NCBI GenBank assembly: GCA_965285935.1
Contig: OZ260661.1
Location: 132,184,001-132,248,000 of the forward strand
Origin: Ophelia neglecta
Lineage: Eukaryota
Reading direction: 5' to 3'
Length of the DNA stretch: 64,000 bases
Both the position numbers and the translations under genes were made by a program. A model generated the notes under the pieces. It made no database searches. It was not told the origin of the DNA and saw nothing but the letters and a program-made list of their open reading frames with translations. Below, piece after piece: positions 53,390-64,000 of the stretch (positions are counted from its first letter, which is position 1; every line of letters starts with the position of its first letter).

Positions 53390-56300
53390 TAGGTTTGTCT
53401 GTGTATATTAAGAGCCATAACCATACATATATTTAAATGAAAACACATAAACACGTAAACAAGAATTCTAACTGATTCCCAAGCGGTCACTGGCAGCTAT
53501 ACAATAAATATATACCTGTCGCAGATTGGATAAATTATGAGGTATTTTCGAACATGGCCAATATTGCCTTTTATATACCGCGTTTCGTTCGGTTAAACTA
53601 TGATGCAGAAGTACTGAAATCACACAGTATTGTGGAGGTGTTGCTTCCATTTGATACACATGGTACTATTTTAGTAAGAGGTGTGTCTCAATTCATTTGT
53701 ATCTATTACAAGAAGGAAATGCTCGGCATGTAGTCTTTGGGAGAAAGAATGCTAACAAAAATATCTGTTATCGTCTGGGCAGCCGTGCCCGTCGTAAAGA
53801 TTACTGAGCGATAAATAAGAGGTATCTACAATACGATTACATAGGAAAATTCGATCAAGAACCAGCTGTATCTCAATGGTAGATAAGGCTCATATTCCAG
53901 AAGGGGTTGAGCTGCTGTCAAGTATCTTCATAGTACTGTATTCTAAAGTCAGAACACATACTTTCCGAATACAATTGTATCTTGCTTTCAGTAGGAATAC
54001 ACGAAATTTCCCACAAACTTCTGTCATCCAATTATGTCACATCACCATTACGTTTTAAAACTTAGGTAAAGCAACAATAGAATAAATTAGCTAACACATG
54101 ATGTCAGAAAACAATATGTTATATTACCGATATCCGAGTAAGTGTAACACATTCATCTTAAACTGCTTTGTATCTATCAGTCTTATCTGCCGGGTATCCT
54201 CTCCAACCTGAAGGACCCATCGTCACTCGAATTATTGCATAATAAACAAACATAATAACTTACGTTTAGGACAAGTAGTGTGAATTAACATTTAAAGAAA
54301 AGCTTGGGGTGACAAATATATGAGGACGTTTTCTTCAATTTCTAGGCCGAGGCGTATTTTTAAATCTCGTCTTGGTTATGAAATATGCACCCCAAGTAAT
54401 TAATCTGGAGTTACCATCTGCTGTATTACACGCTCCCTATAGCAGATGTTATAAATAAACGGAATGGCAATCTTCTATGTTTCTGCTGGACGAATTTCCC
54501 CTGCGTAGATAATTTGGAGGACATGAAATTGTCTATGGTAAAGCTGGATTATTTCTCTTGTTAACTTGGCATATTTAACTTATCTGAAAACTTTCAACGG
54601 CGACTTCCTCAATGCTATTTCGACGCAACATTGTCCTAATAAATATAATATCATCTGCTGTATATGCTTAAAGCACATCATCTCTGAGCATGTGCAATGC
54701 AGTACTTGGCAAACTAAAAAGTCGAATTCAAAATATTTAAGCAATGTAACTTTATCTACATTTTATAGAGACGAATCAATTTAGTAGTGTGCCAAGTAGA
54801 ACGAATACTTAAAGGGTAAAACGCATATGTGTTTGTGTGTTGTAAGAGATATAGCTGTCACATGTGATGCAATTTTCAACGTCTGGTTTATTGGCAGAAA
54901 ACAAAGTGTTTTATTCCTAAAATTACTTCCTCGATGATCCTAACATTACGAGGAGCAACAGGAGGTCCCCGATTATAACGACACATCAGGCATCCCCTGT
55001 AATGCCTTCTAGAAATATCGAATAGTGCAATTTAGTGCATTTCATTTATTACCGCTATTAATATATGTGTTTCTTACCACACATTGGTAAAAATCTAGCA
55101 CAGTGTATATAGCCTGCAGGACAGGTACTTGAGGATAGACATATAAATATGCATATAAATATGCATAGCTCCACGCAAGAAATAATCTTGTTTTCGAATA
55201 TTCCTGTTTATTATGACTATGCATATACTCTGTATTAACCATTCGGGTAAATTCGGTTTTCACGCCCAGAAATGTGCCTAAGGCCAAGAAACCGAGTATT
55301 ATCGTTGCTAGAACTCTTGATCTGTTGACGCGGTCTGGAGGCTACTTAAACAGGCGCCGAAAGGATACAACCGGTCTGTATTCAGAGACGCCGTGTAGGA
55401 GGGCTTGTGATGAAAGAGTGTAAGTGCACATGAATGTTTACTTGCTATAAACGATCCCAAACACACGTGATCTCCACAGACCTCCGAGATCGTCTGATTC
55501 CGGTCGGAATCGTGTAGTCGGGTCGCAATGGGAGAAGTAACAGGTTTGAAAGATACAAGCAAGGAACAGTGAGAAAGTGAAGCAATTTAAATAAGCATCA
55601 AGATGCATAAGAAAATCACATCTAATCTGAGCCAAAACCTGAAGGTTAATATCAAGAAATCAAGACGGAAGGTGCCACACGAAATAGGACGAAAATATGT
55701 TCTTCAATTGGGTAACTATATGTGTACGAGTTTGATGCTTGTCAATTTACACAAGTGGATGCACATGTGTCTCCTCTTACCGACAATTTATTTTACTTCT
55801 CTATTACCTCATGAAAACATGGGTCTGCAAAAGCGTTCTTTGGGTATCTACTGGCTGGTACATGGGGATATGCAATAAATCTTCACGGAAACACAAGTAA
55901 ACACGGTACTTGGAAAATAGGAGGCCCAGACGATACATATGCAATGACATAGACATAGTAACGTGTTGATTTAATATTTGTTTGGCCAAGCCATCTTGAT
56001 TTATGAAGAGTTGGAACCTATATATTGATATTATTCTATATTCTATTTATCTTCCATGTAGAGATTCAGGTCATGACTCTGGTTTTCATAAGATAGATAA
56101 GCATGAATCTGTCAATATCGATAAATAAACTAATTTGTAGATATGTAAAGTGTGACTCATGGTCCAAATAATCTAGATCCAATTTTTTAGGTTCTGCTTG
56201 ATAGCACGATCATACTGAGACATCACCCTGATGGAGTGGTTGTTTACCCAATATTGACGCGCAGCGATATGACCTAGAAGCGATGAACCTATTTATCAAT

Positions 56301-57439
56301 AGATCCGGTAATATGGCTGGAATTTGCAGTCTGCAATGGTACTGTCGACGCTTCTAAATCAATCTGTCAAAGTAAATGTCACTTTTCCCAACAAAACGGT
56401 TGGCGATAAACATAAGACAATAACCAACTTTTGATTAAAAGCGGAGGTAAATTCTGAAATTAGAAAAGAGCACTAGACATATTACACCTGTCGCTTGCCC
56501 TTTCCCTAATTCTAAAATGAGCTCCCAGCTGTAACCGTAGCCTTGCTGATGGTTTTTTGCTTGCATCTCCGCATTTAATCAAGACCCCAATAACTTTCAT
56601 TTTTGTCAGATTGAACCCTACAGCCCTTCATTTTCTGCTACGTCTATATAAATACTACTTTTCTATAATAACGCATAACAAATAAAAATGGAGCAGGATT
56701 GGGCAACGAAATTATAAAAAAAACTATTACTGGCAATAGAGCCGAGTTAGGATAATTTGTCCCAGATCCTGTGTACTGCTTCGAGAAAAGCAGGAAATGC
56801 TCACAGTGCAATAAAAAACTTTCGTCTGGCAAACGCTATCACATTTAGGTTAACAAATTAAGATAGCAATATTTATTGTGGGTTGCAGTTTATATTCATC
56901 ACTGCTTCTGCTCAAAGACAATAGTTCAAATAATATCATTTCTCAAGTGCTCATTTCTTCAAGCTCTCTGTTTCCAGAATTAATTGCCGTTGTAGCAATC
57001 ATTTTTTGCCATTATTTGTGACTTTTGCCAGCAATCAACGTGGGAAGGATCTTCGATCTTATATGTATTGCAAATGTCAGTTTAAATTAGTGTGCACTGA
57101 ATAAGCGATGCATATTATTTGGACTTTTTAGTTAATGATTCAAGCCTATTTAGAACGATAAAAATTACATTGAACGCATAGTATAGCTACCAAGCATAAT
57201 ATCTGCCCATAATCCATGCACGCAAGATACAAGAGTTTAGACAGTCTAGCTAGTAGTTCTCTGGACATATATATTCAAAACTCATAAGACTTGCGAAAGG
57301 TGTATTGCAGATAAGTATCACAATAAGATAGAATAAGATTGCTTAAATAGTATCCAATTTGCCTGTATAGTGTGCACACCCTGACGTTTGAGCTCAGGCT
57401 GGACCCAGATAGGCCGACCCCACACGAGCCTTGTTATTT

Positions 57440-57503
57440 TTCACAGCGTTGGTCCGAACCCAGGACCTTGTCCACACGTTTCAACTAAGCAACAGATCCT
57501 GCC
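57440..57503 (-). mobile_element. Possible decayed tRNA-derived SINE head
   Basis: Minus strand ggcaggatctgttgcttagttg...gggttcggacc contains A-box-like and B-box-like motifs, but there is no full cloverleaf. Confidence 0.3.
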
Positions 57504-60500
57504 AACATCCAGGGATAGTACTCTAGGGGATGAAAGAAAGTATGGGGTCAGGTTTAGAAAACACGATACGCTGCCGCCTCCTTTCACCAACTTCTCGAGA
57601 TATTCTCGAACAGGGATTACACTTTAGCATAAATAAAATCCCAGGTACAAAAAGGTAGAACATGCTTATGTTTATTCATGATCAAAGCCAATCGATTTTG
57701 TTTTGATCCAGCCAAATATTTTTGTATTAAAATTTCTGCCGAGGCCATACTCGGTTTCTTGACCTGGATTCTCAGACACGTGTTAACCTATCAAACCTTC
57801 ACGTGAACTAAAAAAAGGTTTACAGATTGATCCAAATGTATATTACAAAGCCTACATTTCAGATACAGTTATCAAAGAAAGCATAAAGGATAAGACGCTT
57901 TATATGTTGACCAGTATGAACCAGACAGTATCCTGTCTTTACTATGGCCACCTGAACGTTGTATCTTGATCTGTGCTGTGTATTCAGCGCCGTGACATAC
58001 ATCCTACTCACCTTGCTCACCTTGAAGCCTATATTTAACCCGGTTTTACCCCATGGGTTACAAGCCAGGCCAATACCATTCAAATAAACAACTGATTTGG
58101 TTTCTATGTCAACTGCAGTCCCTAAAATATCTCCAGCATATCCACCAACACATTGCCATGGGATTTTTTTATTTATTTTAGTACCCAAAAAAATATTGGC
58201 CGTGAAACTCAAACTGATAACCCGATGTTCAAGATCGCTGATCGGAATAAGAAACATATGGCATGGATTTGTAATCTATGTAGGCATTTCTATTATTTCT
58301 ATATCTGCCGTATCCATATATTATTAGAAAACTTGATGGATACAACGATTGCTCGAGCAATCTGGCAATTGCGCTGACTTTTATGCGATATATACTTCAA
58401 ATAACTAATTCTGCAGGTTCTAGCTGTTGAAATCAAATAACCTCCAGTGCAAGGAAAATAAAATCGGAGATCATAAAGGTTCTTTGTTTTCTTTTCTGGC
58501 TAAACTATCATGCTGATATGCCGATATTTTTCCACATTCAGCATGGTATTATAAAAGAGAGGTTCGTCCTTGTTCAACTGTAGTTAGTATGTGAAGTATC
58601 GGTAACTAAGCTATTGGCGGAAATAACTACGCCAAGACAAATATGATAAGATCTGCCCTATAGGCGCCCGATGGGAAGATTGCTGTGCGATATGGACGAG
58701 GCGTCTTGTCGTCTTGAAATTGGAGGTGTCGAGCGGCTTCGACCAAACTAAACCTCAATCTCTTATATCGCACCCATGTCTGTGGTAAAAACGGTCACAG
58801 AACCGAAGCGGAATAACGTCATATCAGTATGATCGAAACTTCATTTTAGGGGTGCTAAAGCCGTACATCTTCACAATATATATATAATATATTCCACCAA
58901 CTATCTCTGTGCTGCACAGTGTTACAGCTAGTCAATATATATTACGTTGGGTTTGTTAACGGTTCAATAAGAGTATCTTCTGCATATGTTTTGCCAGTAT
59001 CAAGGGTCCGCCATTTCACAGGTAAGTGCATTTTCCACAGACATCATAACTCACCAAGTAGGATGAATGCGTCAAATGACCAGCAGGTCATAATTTCAGG
59101 TGGGTTTAAGGTGATTTATAGCCATTTCTGTCCCATCAGATGTATATCAATGGCTCGCCTTGTTGAAGCTTCGGCCATACCGAAGCAACATTTAATCAAG
59201 AGTTGCCATCTGGTATATACTCTCTCTCAACCTTCGTGCTCCATCAGGAGTATTTCAATGTCTCTATGTTTATGATATAACTACCTCGAGGAAATGTTGA
59301 TACAGGAGGCGCCATCTGACATATAACACCCTGTATAGAACTAGCTTTCTTAACAAATAGAAATCCTATCCTTTATATACCAACCGAACAAAATTTGCAT
59401 GTGTAGGTGTCGAGAAATAAAGGCCTGGCCATTTGTAACTGGGGTTATATAGAAAACTCGAGAAAACGTTTTGCCTCTTATTTAAAAAAGAAGATTGATA
59501 CCTGACCGACAAATTAACAGTTACCACAAACAATCCTTTATCATAACTCATAATCTACCAGGATCTTAATATAAGCAATGTGCCGTTAAAATGCAACAAG
59601 CAAAACACATATAAATATATATGTATTTATAATTCATCCAAGATATTTGTAAGTGCACTTAACATCCAAGGTAAAGTGGAGGTAAGGTTCCTGGGGACAC
59701 ATCTCGCATATGACTTGTATGCGAGATGTGAAGAGTAATCATAGTCAGAATGTTATAATTCATAAACGAGAAGGTGTTATGAATGTTAGCACCGCCAGAT
59801 GATTCGTCTGAAACTCCGTTAGAAAACTACGAAAAGCAAAAATAGACACTTCTCATATGATCACATAAACAGTCATTTATGATAACATGCAGTTCGTGAA
59901 ATATCTCCAGAAAAGCATTAAAGCATTTTTTACGAATAAGTTAGGTACACTTTGCCTTAGATCCAGTGAATATCCCTGGCAGTGAATGGATTATTCTTGA
60001 GCTAGGGACTGATGTATGCGAGCTTGAGGCTGCTGGTTCCTGATAATGTCGGACAGAATTAAAGTACTTTCCTTGACTATTGATTTCGCTGTGTCCTCGA
60101 GGTATCAACCACCGTTTTGTTTTTAAGAGTGTGTTAATACTGTAAACTAAGAAAATTTAGCGTGAAGGGCAAATTTCGCCAATTAGATTATCGACAAGGA
60201 ATTTCATCGCCTATTTGTATGAGTTTTCCAGAGGGAGATAGTGGCCGAACTATTTCGAGATTATCGCACAATGCGCGAAAATGTCTAGTTCATTTTCTAG
60301 TTCAAAGGAGACCAAATTACTGCTATAAATCAATATAGGTTGATAATCAGCAATCTGGCAAATAAACAGACCGTTTGGTAGGTACCTCGGTGCAGACGTG
60401 CACTTATTATTGCTAGATATAAGGAGCAGGTTAGCGCCAGCCCTCGAGCCTTGTCATAAGTATCTGTATTCACCTGGTTACAACATCGCAAACAGGCTTC

Positions 60501-63500
60501 GGGTTTATTCCAATATACATATATCCAGACACCGCTGTACACACACCTGTGTTTTATTATTGCTTGACGGCTAATCTGTTTATTTGCCTGGTGAACCTTA
60601 ACAAGCGCTGAGACAATACAACTTGTCGGTACACAAAGAGGCATGTCTTAAGAGCTTGTGATGACACTGCTTACAAACAACGGGACTGCCTACCCGGCAC
60701 ACAATGCAAGCTCACTTATCGGCAATAACCAAATAATTATATTAAGATACGAACTCGTCAGATACCGACTTGACATGTACCAAATATTACCCATCAGGTA
60801 AACACGTGCTAATTACACCCCTCCAAGCTAGTCTGCAAGTGGTCAGTACGATATGAATATGTAGTTAAACAGGTAGGGAAGGTGCAACAGGTGGGGAGAC
60901 ACATCTGGAAGATTAGAATTTCAAGCAATCGACCATACACTGAATGAATGTAGAATAGCCCAGGTTAAGGACTAAACATGAATGATTTTCACAGTTGCAC
61001 TCCTGTACCATTGATTTGGAGACACGCATCTGTAGACAAATGTGTCATACAATATAGGAAGACACTTTTTTGTCTATTAAAGTACTGTGTATTAAACTTG
61101 ACTTTTTTTTAATGAAGTTAGCCGAGCCATCTTAAACTCTGCTTGACCTGTGGACAAATTAGGTTTAAAAATATATTCGTACTGTACAGTGCTTGATTTA
61201 AACGCTATGAGTATGATTGGCAAATTGTGCGTTGGTCACTTTTATCCTGGCTGGTTGCCAAGGCCTGTTCCATCCTGCTATGCTCTCGGCGCCGTTAACA
61301 CAAGCGGGAGTTACTGGACTTAGGTAGAATAATGATGATTATGCAGCAGGTATGAGGATCTGGTGTGTCTCACCAGAAAAGTCCCGCTGTGTAAGTAACC
61401 GTGTATTATTATTGGAAACCAATTTGATCAGTGCATGCACCCTATAGAACTGAAAAGGCACCGAACGCTTACAGCTATCCCAGTGGTTACAGATGGGTCC
61501 TTGAACTGCGCTCTGCCGAATCATTACTTACAGACTTATGCTTTCGTTTTCACGTTTACAACGGTAAGTGACGTTGAGCGTGTGACCACTTGGGTGGTTC
61601 AGTTACAATCTTCACAGGGCTATTCAAACGAGACTTCTATAAACCTAATTTTGAGATTCTGATTGAATCCGAAGTATATCTGTATTTCAAGCTGGTGGCA
61701 CAGTCGACTCAGGTACACAGTATGCACCAAGATTGTTTAGACCAAGAGATCGTTTTCTGGGTGTCAAGTGATGTGACCTCGGCGTAAGTAGTTCTCGGGT
61801 AGGTAAAGTAGGCCCAATTATTTTGTAAAGAATAGTCTACTGTGCTGCCACCTGTTGACAGGTCATCAACCATAATCAGACCACTAAGAGTTGATTTTTC
61901 AAACGAATTCCTACATAGGTCCTATTTAATGTAGCAAGCAACTCTAAGTCAATCCTACAATACACAGAAATACAAGATGCTTCTGGCATTCAGGCGAACA
62001 AGTTTGGTTTGTAGATCATGCCAGATTAATAATGTATGCTTGAGAACCGAACGTTCAATCATCATGTCGTCTAAAATAAACATCATCTTATTGCTGTGGG
62101 GGCAGACGTGATCAAGAGACTCTAGCCGCATACATCTCCAAACCTGAAGTGATAATATATATTTCCATACGGCAGATAAAACAGCAAATACGAAAGTACA
62201 TAAACAAATCAGCTTATATTTTGTTAATAGATAGTGAGTGAGTTTATTTAAACTCATTGATAACTGGTGCTTTAAAAATAAATCGTGTACTCCCACAATG
62301 CGCGCATGACCATTTAGCACCACAAACCCGAAGGTTAATGGCCCATTAGCACATCGTGGAATGGCCGTCTGCAAAACAACAGTTACATTATCAACCCATT
62401 AATTGACACTTATATCGTATGACCTAAATAAAAAAGGTCAGTGAAATAACTTATCGAATGTGGGACAATAGGGCCACCTTAGTAACACCTAATACATCAA
62501 CCTGAAATGAAGGTTAGAGGGTTTCTACGGCTTTCTGCTTGGATATATGTGTATATAAAATCGCACAATATACGTAGAATGCTAGCCTTAACCTCGGACA
62601 CGTAATATACCAGTATTTTGAGACCTATAAATACTAGACTTTCTAGACAGGCGGATTTAAAACTACTAGTGTTTAAAGACTGGGGGAGTCCCGGGTTGGG
62701 GCGAGGGAAAGTAAAAGCAGCCCGTGGGATGGGGGGGGGGGGGGGGTTCGGGGAGTTACATTCCCACCAGGGAACTCCAGGTAATTTAAATCCCGGATGT
62801 TCTCAATGCGACCGGATTTTGACTTCCTTTAAGTAATGCATCTATGAATTTATGTGAAATCAGATAATTGCAAGATATGATAATATGAATTGGCAAACAG
62901 GCAAAGGCAGGGATAAAAAAGATAACCCTTGAATAATTAAGCCTTGTTCATTGCATTTCTATACGTTTAAGCTTGAGCTTATGCCCACACGGTGTACCGG
63001 TAATTCTATTTCTAGCGAGGAATGTATGATAGAGGTGTTTATTTTTCATACACCAGCCGAAAGTGGATCATATTCTAGTGGAGTGAGCAGATACATCCTT
63101 CTAGCATCGGAGCAGAGAACGAGGGCCACTGCGTATGATAAATTATATAAGGCGGCATGTACATTTTCTCTTACATGTATACTTATCTGAGCCTTATCTA
63201 CAATATTATCAGTAGCAATGTTACGTTTCAGAAAAGAGAGATATTGCACATTCCGTTTCTTTATGACATTTTTTTATACTTACTGATTGCTACCTGGTAT
63301 AAAATATCTCTGATACTATATATTAACGAAACGTTTTGACTTATAAGAGCAGTGCGACACAAACTCGAGAATATCTCAATTATCTAAGTTCCTTCGTTGA
63401 AAAGCAAATTATATAGTAATGTAAATTATGGCAGGAAATATTGTATTCGTTGTGATCAATCCCATCAACGTATGTCCATTTGTTTGAACCAAATGTGTTC

Positions 63501-64000
63501 ACAATGTTTTTTATGGTATTCAGCTATACTTTATATCAATACGCGCTAATTTAACCTGGTCATCATGGTTTTTTCCACCAGGAAAACAACAAATTTCAAT
63601 TCTATTCATTATTATTCAATGCAAAGAAAAAGTAGCTTTGTTCCAAATGTTAAACGAATATCAAATGAAATATTTTTTATCAATAGGCGATTCCTGTTCC
63701 TTATATGCACCGAATGTGCAAGCAACATATATCAGTTGTTATATGTAACATTGGCAACCGCAGGTGACATTCAGAATTAATTGCCGACAAGCAACGCCAA
63801 AAAGGAAAAAATCGTCCTATTTTATATAGTTTTGTCATATACTTAAGATATAAATCACTATAAATGTCAACAAAATGTGCGACAAGCCTCGCAGTAGGCG
63901 ATAGAGATTCGATAAAAATTGTGAAGTGACCTGACCCAAATAATTATCGTATTGCGATGCGCAAACCAGGAAATGCGACCTCATTTAGTAGGAGAACAGG

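Noticed and set aside
57859-58257. 132-aa minus ORF with PWG...VSK|GTGAGT, resembling a PDZ N-terminal exon
   Set aside because: Spacing does not match PWGFRL-GG, there is no ATG start or clear acceptor, and no partner exons were found.

Overview
AT-rich, gene-poor, intron-containing animal DNA, most likely from an invertebrate (taxon not determinable), with no prokaryotic features. One convincing host gene lies on the minus strand. It has a candidate non-coding first exon (~34391-34540), an 86-nt exon carrying the start codon (32514-32599) and a 4.36-kb terminal coding exon (26536-30898). Together these encode a ~1457-aa Lys/Glu/Pro-rich, PEVK-like modular repeat protein. A second, CpG-rich putative promoter/first exon sits at ~10.3-10.5 kb (minus). 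The rest is transposon-derived or unannotatable. Two young 5'-truncated LINEs have open RT frames: an RTE/RTEX-like copy flanked by a perfect 233-bp target-site duplication and an L2-type copy with a (TAA)n tail. There are also two decayed LINEs, several MITEs with clear TIRs/TSDs (two with 9-bp TSDs and telomere-like cores), decayed THAP and AcademX-like relics and a 22-bp minisatellite. I found no clearly novel system. The most unusual items are the 233-bp TSD with its nested insertion history and the giant-exon repeat protein. All family assignments are by eye and from recalled motifs, without database searches.
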